A DNA stretch of 32,000 nt from Opitutales bacterium (GCA_965219535.1 CBDCNV010000001.1:1740001-1772000), one strand, 5' to 3'. Shown: positions 1 through 9,174, counted from the stretch's first letter. Made by a program: numbers and translations. The notes: generated by a model not told the origin, from the letters alone.

Positions 1-848
1 GAATGCATGGCCGAAATTCGCGTATCCAGATCGGCGTCATTCAGGGCATCTAGCGTCTCATCGGTTGAATCAGCTTTGGTTGCGCGAAAACTTTCGTACC
101 TATCCTTCTTTCCGCACAGCCAATCCCAAATATGCGACCACACCAGGTTTAAGTTGTGAGGGGCTTCATAGTTTGCCGGATTCCTCCACATTCTATCCTG
201 GCAATTCCACGAGGGTTCCTTCGGTTCTTCGGCCCGCAGGTAGACAAATTTTATCATGTGCCTAGGTTGATTAAGCTTATTAATGCCCGCAGCGTGTCCG
301 ACATCAAAATGCGTAATCGATACCATGCCTGCTTTTCCCGCGATTGGTATGGCTTTTTTGGGATCATCGGCGGTCAACCATTTTTGATACTGTGTACCCG
401 GAATTGCATGGGTGGGTCCGATTTCAATGGGTGAATCCTGCGGATAGTACATAATGCGCGCAAATCGAGGATAATGATGTCGGGGCCGTCCTAAGGGGGA
501 ATATCCATCCTGGTGAAACCCTTCATTCATGGATGTCTTCTGTTTTGTTTCAGGGCCGATATAATGACAATAACGGTGCGGGTGTTCAATATACCCCGGC
601 CCGAGTACGCTGATTAATGCCCCTCTCACTTCCGGGCTGTTTAAAATACGATCCATCTCTGGGACACGAGGCAGCACGTTGTTGCCATAATTATATTCTT
701 CATCCACCATATATTGAAGCTTCTCTCTGACTGTCTTGTGCACCTCCTCTGGTACGTCGGGTTGAAAGACGACGTACCCGTCAGCAACAAACTGACGCAT
801 TTGTTCATCATTAAATAGCGTTGGCTCTACTTGCTTACCGTATATCAT
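1..848 (-). CDS. PhyH-like Fe(II)/2OG dioxygenase fused to HEAT repeats, paralog 1 (partial; C-terminal part lies beyond the window start)
   Basis: Absent from the ORF track because no stop lies inside the window. Reverse complement from ATG (848-846) reads MIYGKQVEPTLFNDEQMRQFVADGYVVFQPDVPEEVHKTVREKLQYMVDEEYNYGNNVLPRVPEMDRILNSPEVRGALISVLGPGYIEHPHRYCHY...FHQDGYSPLGRPRHHYPRFARIMYYPQDSPIEIGPTHAIPGTQYQ...HMIKFVYLRAEEP...WSHIWDWLCGKKDRYESF...DLDTRISAMH. It is collinear with the two downstream paralogs. Confidence 0.85.
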   Translation of the reverse strand, partial: MIYGKQVEPTLFNDEQMRQFVADGYVVFQPDVPEEVHKTVREKLQYMVDEEYNYGNNVLPRVPEMDRILNSPEVRGALISVLGPGYIEHPHRYCHYIGPETKQKTSMNEGFHQDGYSPLGRPRHHYPRFARIMYYPQDSPIEIGPTHAIPGTQYQKWLTADDPKKAIPIAGKAGMVSITHFDVGHAAGINKLNQPRHMIKFVYLRAEEPKEPSWNCQDRMWRNPANYEAPHNLNLVWSHIWDWLCGKKDRYESFRATKADSTDETLDALNDADLDTRISAMH

Positions 849-888
849 AGCAAAAAGTTCCTGAACTGCGTTTTATTATCAATCTGAA

Positions 889-2499
889 TTAAAATGTTCG
901 ATCTTTTATAAGACTGTCATCCCACCGCCTTGTCATCAAATATTCCAACACGCCCTCAATGGCCAAAGGGGTACCAATGCGTCGCAAGGCTTCCGCTGCA
1001 AAGGCGGACACATGGCCATTGGGATCAGCTAATTTATCGAGCAGTAATTCCTCTGCGGATGTCGCATCTTTTCCCAAACGTATGAATGCCATGGCCGCAT
1101 TGACTCGAACCTGATCGTAAGCGGTCCAGTTCCGTCTTAGAGGTTTAAGCCATTCAGGCCGACCCTCTTTTAGTAACCGTCCAAGTGAGGGCATAAATGA
1201 TTCACTGTTTTTCTGTATAGTACTCAAAGCATCCGTTGCCGTTCTCACTACACTATGAGACGCATCATCCAAACAGCGCGTCAAAGTGGGAACGGCTTTA
1301 GCTGCATCAGAATCCATCTCACCCAAGGCAAATGCGGCATTAATGCGTACCCATTCATTCGAATTGTCCAACAGACCAATCAGAGAGTCCAATGATGCTA
1401 CACCCATGGACGCCAGTGCATGAGTAGCATCATCCATCGAAATAGCCCCTTCATTCCAAAATATGGTCATAGGATCATCATCTTTGTCGTTGGTCGAATC
1501 CTTAAGCGCGGCCAACAGAGGCTCGATGGCGGGTTGACCGAGCGCACCCAGAGTGTAGACAGCCGTCAATCGTTCCCATTGTGGATCGGAATTCAAGCGT
1601 TCGATGAGTGTGGGTATCGCATTTAAATCACCTGATGTGGCAATCGAATGCATCGCCGAAATACGGGTACCCAGATCGTCAGCACTCATGGCATCCAACG
1701 CCTCATTCATCGATTCATCTTTTGATGAACGAAAACTTTCATACGGATCCTTTTTTCCACATAACCAATCCCAAATATGTGACCACACCAGACTCAAGTT
1801 ATGAGGTGTTTCAAAAGTCTCAGGATCTCTCCACCTTTGATCCTGGCAATCCCACGACGGTCCGCTCGGTTCTTCGGATCGAGCGTAGATAAATTTTATC
1901 ATATGCCGAGATTTATTAACCTCATTGGCACCGGCGGCGTGTCCAATATCAAAATGAGTAATCGACACCGTGCCCGTTTTTCCTTCTAGTGTGATGCCAT
2001 TTTGTGGATCTTCGTCCGTCAATCTTTTGTGATATTGTGTCCCAGGAATTACCCGTGTGGGACCAATCTCAATGGGTGAATCCTGCGGATAATACATAAT
2101 GCGTGCAAAGCGAGGATAGTGTTGTCGCGCCCGTGCCAAAGGTGTATAACTATCCTGGTGATAATTTAGTGCTACCTTTGTCTGATCTGTACCGGGACCG
2201 GTATAATGACAATAACGGTGCGGGTGTTCAATATACCCCGGCCCGAGCACGCTGATCAAAGCCCCTCTCACTTCCGGGCTGTTTAAAATACGGTCCATCT
2301 CTGTAACGCGGGGCAGCACGTTATTGCCATAATTATATTCTTCATCCATCATATATTGAAGCTTTTCCCTGACAGTCTTGTGCACCTCATCTGGCACATC
2401 GGGTAGAATGACGACATACCCATCTGCAACAAACTGTCGCATTTGTTCATCATTAAAAAGCTTAGGTTTTTCTAGATTACCGTAGGTCATAGTGATCAT
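889..2499 (-). CDS. PhyH-like Fe(II)/2OG dioxygenase fused to C-terminal HEAT (PBS-lyase type) repeats, paralog 2
   Basis: 536-aa ORF. The N-terminal ~250 aa carry PhyH-type motifs (NYHQDSY = HxD, RFARIMYYPQD, IPGTQYH, VSITHFDIGHAAG). The C-terminal ~270 aa are HEAT-like repeats (NEWVRINAAFALGEMDSDAAKAVPTLTRCLDD; DQVRVNAAMAFIRLG; GHVSAFAAEALRRIGTP). No signal peptide. Confidence 0.85.
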   Translation of the reverse strand: MITMTYGNLEKPKLFNDEQMRQFVADGYVVILPDVPDEVHKTVREKLQYMMDEEYNYGNNVLPRVTEMDRILNSPEVRGALISVLGPGYIEHPHRYCHYTGPGTDQTKVALNYHQDSYTPLARARQHYPRFARIMYYPQDSPIEIGPTRVIPGTQYHKRLTDEDPQNGITLEGKTGTVSITHFDIGHAAGANEVNKSRHMIKFIYARSEEPSGPSWDCQDQRWRDPETFETPHNLSLVWSHIWDWLCGKKDPYESFRSSKDESMNEALDAMSADDLGTRISAMHSIATSGDLNAIPTLIERLNSDPQWERLTAVYTLGALGQPAIEPLLAALKDSTNDKDDDPMTIFWNEGAISMDDATHALASMGVASLDSLIGLLDNSNEWVRINAAFALGEMDSDAAKAVPTLTRCLDDASHSVVRTATDALSTIQKNSESFMPSLGRLLKEGRPEWLKPLRRNWTAYDQVRVNAAMAFIRLGKDATSAEELLLDKLADPNGHVSAFAAEALRRIGTPLAIEGVLEYLMTRRWDDSLIKDRTF

Positions 2500-2643
2500 C
2501 TCCCATTCTATAATAGCTGCCTAAATGTATGAATTATATTCATGTTGAGGTAATGTCTAATATGAATCGTCTATTCGTCTTCGTGTTTATTTTTCATTGT
2601 AAAGAATTCTTATCCTCATCCCTGCGGTTTTTTCAAACTGAAA

Positions 2644-4245
2644 TTAATACATTCGACCTTTAATAATACCCTCATCCCACCGTCTCGTCATTAAATAATC
2701 GATCGCGCCCTCCATCGCTGTAGGTGTTCCGATACGACGCAATGCTTCCAAAACAAACGCGGCAACATGGCCATTGGGATCACTCAGTTTTTCGAGCAAC
2801 AATTCCTCTGCAGACGCAGCATCTTTTCCCAAACGCGTAAACGCCATCGCTGCATTGACTCGGACCTGGTCATTAGGTGACCAGCTGCGTAGAGCCGGTG
2901 TTTGCCATTCAGACCGACCGACCTTGAGCAAACGTCCAAGCGAAGGGATAAATTGTTCGCGGTTTTGACGTATCGTACTCAGGGCGTCTGCTGCCGTTCT
3001 GACCACACAATGTGAGGCATCATCCAAACAGCGTGTCAGAGCAGGCACGGCTTTAGCCGCAGTTGAATCCATCTCTCCTAAAGCGAATGCCGCATTGATC
3101 CGTAGCCACGCATTCGAATCATCCAGCAATTCAATCAGAGAATTCAATGAAGGCGCACCTATCGCTGCCAGTGCATGGGTTGCGTCATCCATTGAAATTG
3201 CATTTTCATTCCAGAATTTTTTCATCGGATCCCCACCATTGTCGTTGGCCGAGTCTTTAAGAGCGGCTACCAGAGGTTCTACTGCGGGTTGACCTAGTGC
3301 ACCCAGGGTGTAGATCGCTGTCACTCGTTCCCAGGATGAGTCGGAATTTAAGCAGCTGATGAGTGAGGGGATCGCTTTGATTTCACCCCGTGCAGCAATC
3401 GAATGCATCGCTGAAATTCGGGTATCCAGATCAGGGGAATTTAACGCATTCAGCGCCTCATCAATTTTATCAGTATTAAGAGCGCGAAAACTTTCATACC
3501 GATCCTTCTTGCCGCATAGCCAGTCCCAAATGTGAGACCACACCAGGTGCAAGTTATGAGGGGCTTCAACGGTAGAGGGATTTCTCCACATTCTATCCTG
3601 GCAATCCCAAGAAGGTTCACTCGGTTCTTCAGCCCGAGTATAGATGAATTTTATCATATGCCGTGGTTTTTTAATCTTATTGATGCCCGCGCCGTGTCCG
3701 ATATCGAAATGGGTAATCGACACCGTCCCCGCTTTACCAGCTATCGGGATTGCATTGTGTCGATCTTCATCGGTCAACTGTTTGTGATAATTTGTGCCCG
3801 GTATCGCATGGGTGGGTCCGATCTCAACAGGTGAATCCTGTGGATAGTACATAATGCGCGCAAAACGAGGGTAGTGTTGTCGCGGCCGTCCTAAAGGTGA
3901 ATAAGAATCCTGGTGACAATTTTGCGCCAATGTTTTCTGTTCGGCATCGGGGGCGATATAATGAGAATGACGATGAGGGTGATCAATATATCCCGGTCCG
4001 AGTACGCTGATCAAAGCCCCTTTCACTTCCGGGCTGTTCAAAACACGATCCATCTCTGGAACGCGAGGCAGGACATTATTGCCAAAATTAAATTCTTCAT
4101 CCTCCATAATTTGAAGCTGTTCCCTGACTGTCTTGTGCACCTCATCTGATACTTCGGGTTTAAAGACTACGTACCCGTCTGCAATAAACTGGCGCATTTG
4201 TTCATCATTAAAAAGCTTCGGTTCTTCTACTTTACCATAGACCAT
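2644..4245 (-). CDS. PhyH-like Fe(II)/2OG dioxygenase fused to C-terminal HEAT repeats, paralog 3
   Basis: 533-aa ORF collinear with 889-2499 over its full length (NCHQDSYSP, RFARIMYYPQDSPVEIGPTHAIPGTNYH, VSITHFDIGHGAG; HEAT units NAWLRINAAFALGEMDSTAAKAVPALTRCLDD, GHVAAFVLEALRRIGTP). Confidence 0.85.
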   Translation of the reverse strand: MVYGKVEEPKLFNDEQMRQFIADGYVVFKPEVSDEVHKTVREQLQIMEDEEFNFGNNVLPRVPEMDRVLNSPEVKGALISVLGPGYIDHPHRHSHYIAPDAEQKTLAQNCHQDSYSPLGRPRQHYPRFARIMYYPQDSPVEIGPTHAIPGTNYHKQLTDEDRHNAIPIAGKAGTVSITHFDIGHGAGINKIKKPRHMIKFIYTRAEEPSEPSWDCQDRMWRNPSTVEAPHNLHLVWSHIWDWLCGKKDRYESFRALNTDKIDEALNALNSPDLDTRISAMHSIAARGEIKAIPSLISCLNSDSSWERVTAIYTLGALGQPAVEPLVAALKDSANDNGGDPMKKFWNENAISMDDATHALAAIGAPSLNSLIELLDDSNAWLRINAAFALGEMDSTAAKAVPALTRCLDDASHCVVRTAADALSTIRQNREQFIPSLGRLLKVGRSEWQTPALRSWSPNDQVRVNAAMAFTRLGKDAASAEELLLEKLSDPNGHVAAFVLEALRRIGTPTAMEGAIDYLMTRRWDEGIIKGRMY

Positions 4246-4294
4246 AGTAATTTTCTCCTAATCTATAATAGCCGTCTAAGTGTATAACTGAAAA

Positions 4295-6190
4295 TCATGG
4301 CGAGGAACGAAAGCGAAAAGAATAGAGATCCGCGTCATTGCAAATAAAACGGAGGCGAACGGGTTTTCCTGCTAATTTGGCAAGATTGGGAGATCCTTTC
4401 CAATTCACCTTGCGTTCGATCGAGTCGCCGAATACTGGCGAACAATCTGAAAGAGTAAAACCTTCTATCGGATTACCCGATTTATCCTGAATTTCGACCT
4501 TAATGCCACCAGCAGCGGAGCTCGAGAAGTTAATGACCATTTCTTCACCGTCGAATACAAGCGGCTTGGTCACCAGTTCACCGCCGCTGAGGGGCGCATT
4601 GATCGAAACGAACCCATCGATGCGTATCGTATATCGGCGCAGCTGATTGCTGGTGCCGGTCCAATAACCTTCAGTGGCATAGAGCGACAACTCGTTTGGA
4701 GTGCCTTCGAAGCTCGAGGTTGTTTCAACCAGTTGCCAGGCAATGTACTGGTTGCCATAAGCCCAAGTGTCCTTTCGTTCAATGCCCGGTCGCAGAAACG
4801 CTTCATCCCAGCGTTTGAAAGTCTGCCCATCTCGACTGGTCATAAACACAGCTTCGGTAACAGCGCTGCTGAAATGAAGTTCCGGCCCCTCTTTTTCAGT
4901 GTCGACATCGAGCCCAGCTCGTTGGCGGCGTTCGAATAAATCCGGCAGTGCCCGTGTTGAATCCGTCCATCCACGATTGATAAAGCGGGTAGGAAAACCG
5001 ATGAGAATATGAGGCGCTCGGTAGTACGGTTTGATCTGGTTGGTGTATAAATGATCGGGCCGCGCGCCTGGGTATTTGAGACGTACGGGATCGACCCAGT
5101 TTATAAAGTCACGCGAGGTCATCATCATTATGTCGCGGCGCTCATCCGGCCAGGAACGAAAGTAGAGACGGTAAACTCCGCCGGTAGAATCCCAAAAGGC
5201 CAGGTTTTGCGAATCGAAATAAATACTTTTTACGGTGGGTTCAAAGATCTTCATTTCGCTTTCTGAAATAATCTTTTTGTGACTCATTGTCGTCCAATGA
5301 ATGCCGTTAGCCGACTTGAAAACCCTTAATCCTTCGAAATCACCGGATACACGGATAGCTTTGTAAAGTGCGTCCGGTGAAGCTTCGGGGTTTGTGTCTT
5401 TAAACACCGCGGAATGTCCTGCGTCGACAGCATTGAGAAATATTGGGCCAAATTCGTTCCCATTAGAACCTTGTATGTCTTTTTTGGCAGTGTTGTTCAA
5501 ATTCTCATGCACCGGAGTAACGGAGGAAGCTGCAACAGTGATCATACAAGTATCGCTGTTAATATAAACTCCAGTTTTCGTTTTAATCTGGACCCAGAAA
5601 TTTGTACTTTCATTGAGAGGGCCGGTATTCAGCGTGTTGCTGGTTGCGCCTGTGATGGGCTTAGAAGTGTCACCAGGTTTGCCGATATACCATTGATATT
5701 TCAAATCGTCACCGCTATATTTAATGGATATAATCACCGCTCTACCAGGCTGCACGTCCCAATCTGTCTGGTTGTCGGCCCACATAATATTATTTTTCAT
5801 TGATCCATTGAACTCAATAAGGCCCAGTTCGGGTTTGTGCCAATGAATGCCGTCAACACTTTCAGCGTAACAATAATATAACGGGTGCGATGAGATTACT
5901 TCCCCTTCGGTGATGGTATAATCGTGCGCCATGTAGTACAAACGATAGTGATCGCCATCTTGAAATACGCTGTGGTAATTGGTGCCGTTGCCTTCCCAGG
6001 GTTCATCGTGCACAATGGCCACTTCTTGCGGCGTGGGATGGTGTAAAATCATTTTGGCATCACCGGACATCTCATCGATTAAATAATCATCTACGAACAG
6101 CTCCAAGCGCGAACCAATATCAATTGGATCCTGAGCAAAGCTGGAAATAACAAGACAAGCGGATAGAATTATAGAGGAGAAAGTTTTCAT
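4295..6190 (-). CDS. secreted beta-propeller glycoside-hydrolase-like protein with an inserted Ig-like domain
   Basis: 631-aa ORF. Signal peptide MKTFSSIILSACLVISSFAQD. Propeller-like segments: PWEGNGTNYHSVFQDGDHYRLYYMA, GIHWHKPELG, FWDSTGGVYRLYFRSW, DGQTFKRWDE. A C-terminal beta-sandwich-like tail is present. Fold and family are assigned from memory only. Confidence 0.55.
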   Translation of the reverse strand: MKTFSSIILSACLVISSFAQDPIDIGSRLELFVDDYLIDEMSGDAKMILHHPTPQEVAIVHDEPWEGNGTNYHSVFQDGDHYRLYYMAHDYTITEGEVISSHPLYYCYAESVDGIHWHKPELGLIEFNGSMKNNIMWADNQTDWDVQPGRAVIISIKYSGDDLKYQWYIGKPGDTSKPITGATSNTLNTGPLNESTNFWVQIKTKTGVYINSDTCMITVAASSVTPVHENLNNTAKKDIQGSNGNEFGPIFLNAVDAGHSAVFKDTNPEASPDALYKAIRVSGDFEGLRVFKSANGIHWTTMSHKKIISESEMKIFEPTVKSIYFDSQNLAFWDSTGGVYRLYFRSWPDERRDIMMMTSRDFINWVDPVRLKYPGARPDHLYTNQIKPYYRAPHILIGFPTRFINRGWTDSTRALPDLFERRQRAGLDVDTEKEGPELHFSSAVTEAVFMTSRDGQTFKRWDEAFLRPGIERKDTWAYGNQYIAWQLVETTSSFEGTPNELSLYATEGYWTGTSNQLRRYTIRIDGFVSINAPLSGGELVTKPLVFDGEEMVINFSSSAAGGIKVEIQDKSGNPIEGFTLSDCSPVFGDSIERKVNWKGSPNLAKLAGKPVRLRFICNDADLYSFRFRSSP

Positions 6191-6285
6191 GATGTTGTAA
6201 TGAGTGTTTTGTCGCTTACTTATTTCAATCAGCTAACCTGTTTCGTCCAGTACTTTTATCAGGGGACCGACCCCAAAGGGCCATG

Positions 6286-7074
6286 CTAACTCCATGCTTC
6301 TCTCCCTTCAAATGCCATATGTCCTCCTTTGATATACTTTGGAATGGGTTGAAAGGTATTGATCCCTTCTATGGCATCACCGCGGAACATGAAGGCGCAC
6401 GGCCAATCCCTCGTAATTCGGGTAGTAGTGGGGATGTACTGGATTGAACCCCCGCGTCTCCAATGCTTACTGGTGTTGGGCTGAGAGCCATGGAGGAGCA
6501 AGGGATGATGCACCGAGATATCACCGGGAGCCAGTTCTATGTCGACTGCATTGCTTTCGTTGAGAGCAGATGGATCTACTTGATTGAGGATATAGTTCTC
6601 TGACTCCTTATCTGACGAATGTTTTTGCAGTCCCAGCTGATGCGAACCGGGAATCATCCTTACACACCCATTTTCGCGTACCGATTCCGTAACCGCGAAC
6701 CAAATAGTGATGACCTCCATTGGATCAAGCGGCCAGTAATTGCCATCTTGATGCCATTGAACTCCCTTACCTTTTTCGGGTTGTTTGCATATGTAGTCGG
6801 CAGCGAATAAAGCGATATTGGAGCCAATCAGCGTTTCGGCTACATCCAAGAGATGGACATCGCTCAGAAAACGGACCCAGAAAGGATCATGTGCAATCAG
6901 CCAGTGGCCGAGGCGTTCCGGTTCAAGTTCGGGGTTACGCTGCATTAGCCAGTCGATATGCCGATTCAGTTCAGCCAATAGATCAGCACCAATTACGTTG
7001 CGGACAATGACAAACCCATTTCGGTTGTAATCTTCCACCATACCTTGAAAATCAGGATAGGTATATGCACGCAT
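6286..7074 (-). CDS. phytanoyl-CoA dioxygenase (PhyH) family protein
   Basis: 262 aa. Motifs: GFVIVRNVI start, VQWHQDGNYWPLDP (HxD), RMIPGSHQLG, ISVHHPLLLHGSQPNTS (distal His), RRGGSIQY (2OG-binding Arg). Confidence 0.85.
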   Translation of the reverse strand: MRAYTYPDFQGMVEDYNRNGFVIVRNVIGADLLAELNRHIDWLMQRNPELEPERLGHWLIAHDPFWVRFLSDVHLLDVAETLIGSNIALFAADYICKQPEKGKGVQWHQDGNYWPLDPMEVITIWFAVTESVRENGCVRMIPGSHQLGLQKHSSDKESENYILNQVDPSALNESNAVDIELAPGDISVHHPLLLHGSQPNTSKHWRRGGSIQYIPTTTRITRDWPCAFMFRGDAIEGINTFQPIPKYIKGGHMAFEGREAWS

Positions 7075-7132
7075 GACGACCTTTCATAAGTGATATTTTT
7101 ACCAATGAATATAAATTAATAAATTAAAAAAG

Positions 7133-7960
7133 ATGAATTTCTCATTTAATAAAACCGACAAAGAATTTTTTTATCATAATGGTTACATTAATCTAGGTAA
7201 ATTTCTCGATGAAAATGAACTGGAAAATATCAGGAACGTATTTGATCTTGATAGGGAGAAGAACCAAAAACATTGGTATAATTTTCATACGCAAACAATA
7301 AATTGTGATGCGCTTTTTACATCTCCAGAATTTGATTCTATCATCAGACACCCTAAAATATTGGGAAGAATAGGTGAATTAATGGGAGATGAAATATGTT
7401 TTTCTGAGATTTGTGTTCGTCATATGGAACCCTATCAGGGCGGTCTACAGCAAAAATGGCATCGCGATCGTCCCCATTTAGCCAATCATCCTTTTCGGAT
7501 AAACTTTTTGCAAGTTATGGTCTATTTGACAGCTGTTGACGAAAATACCCACTGCTTTACCCTATCACCTGAATCAGTTGACGAGAAAATTATTGAGACC
7601 GAAGAACAGCTAGAGAGAAGAGGGGGAGTGGATCTCTATGGAGAAGCGGGGACGGCAATTATATTCAACACCTCTGTATTGCATACAGCGACGACGCGAA
7701 ACACGACTAAAGAGAGAAAGTCGATTCAAATTTACTATGGTCATCGCAATGAACCTTATTTAAGCGAGGACTCGCTTATTCCAACCTGCTATTGGAAAAA
7801 ACATACAGATCCGGAAGTCAGATCATTCTATAGTGTATTAAATAAAAAGACTGCTGAATATTATAAACGAGCGAACAGTAATTTATCATTTGAAAAAAAA
7901 CTCGAGCTGTTGAGGGAGATTGATTGCGAAACCGGTAGACGTGTTAAAGAAGATGATTAA
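7133..7960 (+). CDS. PhyH family dioxygenase (AT-rich gene)
   Basis: 275 aa. Motifs: NGYINLGKFL, QKWHRDRPH (HxD), AIIFNTSVLHTATTRNTT (distal His), RKSIQIYY. Visibly AT-richer than its neighbours. Confidence 0.75.
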   Translation: MNFSFNKTDKEFFYHNGYINLGKFLDENELENIRNVFDLDREKNQKHWYNFHTQTINCDALFTSPEFDSIIRHPKILGRIGELMGDEICFSEICVRHMEPYQGGLQQKWHRDRPHLANHPFRINFLQVMVYLTAVDENTHCFTLSPESVDEKIIETEEQLERRGGVDLYGEAGTAIIFNTSVLHTATTRNTTKERKSIQIYYGHRNEPYLSEDSLIPTCYWKKHTDPEVRSFYSVLNKKTAEYYKRANSNLSFEKKLELLREIDCETGRRVKEDD

Positions 7961-7977
7961 TTAGCTTCTTTTTTTGC

Positions 7978-9174
7978 TCAGGTTTCGTCGTGTTCAGTAC
8001 GTCCGCCTGTCAGTTTTCGATCGAAGCTGTGTCTGAGCAGAACCTGTAATATTTCTGGCAATTCTCCACGCTTCGCTTTCATCGCCCAAACGGGGGGGAC
8101 GGCACTTGGGGGCTGGACAAGACCTGTCAGGTCATCTGGTTTTTTATAGCAATACAGTGTGCACCATCGTGTTTTCCGGTCCGCGGTTTTCGGGTCCACG
8201 CCGTGTGCCGCGTGAGTAAGGCAGCACACGATAGAGCCGGGCGGCAGAGAGAGCCGTTCGATTTTAAGGGGAGCACCCGTCACTGGATGAACTCGGTTTG
8301 CTAGCCACTGCTGCTCCATCTCCTCGTCAGTCGCAAACCGGCACTTCGCCGGATCGCGAAATAAATGACTGCCCTTCACAATCTTTAACCCGCCATCTTC
8401 CCCGGCCGCGAAACCCTCGGGATAACAGATTGTAAGGTTAGTGTTAGGTTGAGCGCGGTATTCAGCGAGGTCGGCGACACCACAGTTATCGCGTCCCGCA
8501 CCGATCGGGTGGCAATGCCAGCTGTTGCCGGGATAACCGCCCGGGCGCGTGAGTAGCTGGTTGTGATCGAAGTAAATAGTGTCGGACCCAAGACACATTC
8601 GCTGAAGCTGAAGCATCTGAGGATGTGTAAGAACATCCATCAGAAAGGGGACATGGCCCGCTGGGAAATACTCCGCGAATACGCTGTGGACCCGCAGTGT
8701 CAGGACGCCCGCATCGTCATCCTTTTGTGGAACCTGCTGGCTCCCTCCGATCGCATTTTCGATTTCAATCGCGGTCAGTGACTTGTCAGGAGGAGTCCGT
8801 CCGAGAACCTGCCAGTCGATCTGCCTCCAGTCCGACCGAAGTAAGGTGTCATTGATCTGCTGTCCGGCCTTTGCGGCTTCTACCCACGCCTCCCTTGCCA
8901 TTTCCGTCATAACTCCTTCCAGAACTGTGTATCCTTCCGAGAGAAATCGCTCGGGATCGAACTGTGACTCAATTGCCGAGAAATTGAAGATATCTGCTCG
9001 CGCAGCATTCATCGCTTCCCAGTCTTCAGGTCCCCATGTGACGGGTGTGTCAGTGCTATTCAGGAATGGCGGTCGTGTCGCCTGTGCCAAATCATCTATC
9101 GATCCCTCCAGCATACTGGCGAGTAAAGGATCATTGTTCTCAGGCTCTAAGAGGAGGGTTGTCTCCCTTTTCAT
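7978..9174 (-). CDS. PhyH-like dioxygenase with long N-terminal extension and variant HxH metal motif
   Basis: 398 aa. Motifs: EGYTVLEGVM, NSWHCHPIG (aligns to the WHxD of the paralogs), LKIVKGSHLF, IVCCLTHAAHGVDPKT, RKTRWCTLYCY. GC-rich relative to the adjacent 7133-7960 gene. Confidence 0.65.
   Translation of the reverse strand: MKRETTLLLEPENNDPLLASMLEGSIDDLAQATRPPFLNSTDTPVTWGPEDWEAMNAARADIFNFSAIESQFDPERFLSEGYTVLEGVMTEMAREAWVEAAKAGQQINDTLLRSDWRQIDWQVLGRTPPDKSLTAIEIENAIGGSQQVPQKDDDAGVLTLRVHSVFAEYFPAGHVPFLMDVLTHPQMLQLQRMCLGSDTIYFDHNQLLTRPGGYPGNSWHCHPIGAGRDNCGVADLAEYRAQPNTNLTICYPEGFAAGEDGGLKIVKGSHLFRDPAKCRFATDEEMEQQWLANRVHPVTGAPLKIERLSLPPGSIVCCLTHAAHGVDPKTADRKTRWCTLYCYKKPDDLTGLVQPPSAVPPVWAMKAKRGELPEILQVLLRHSFDRKLTGGRTEHDET

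Noticed and set aside
65-3834. Plus-strand ORFs inside the PhyH-HEAT genes (65-265, 156-434, 1420-1989, 2774-3292, 3532-3834). Some show similar peptides between copies (e.g. HSILAIPR...FYHxPR).
   Set aside because: They are antisense shadows of the much longer minus-strand genes. Their apparent conservation is just the paralogy of the coding strand.
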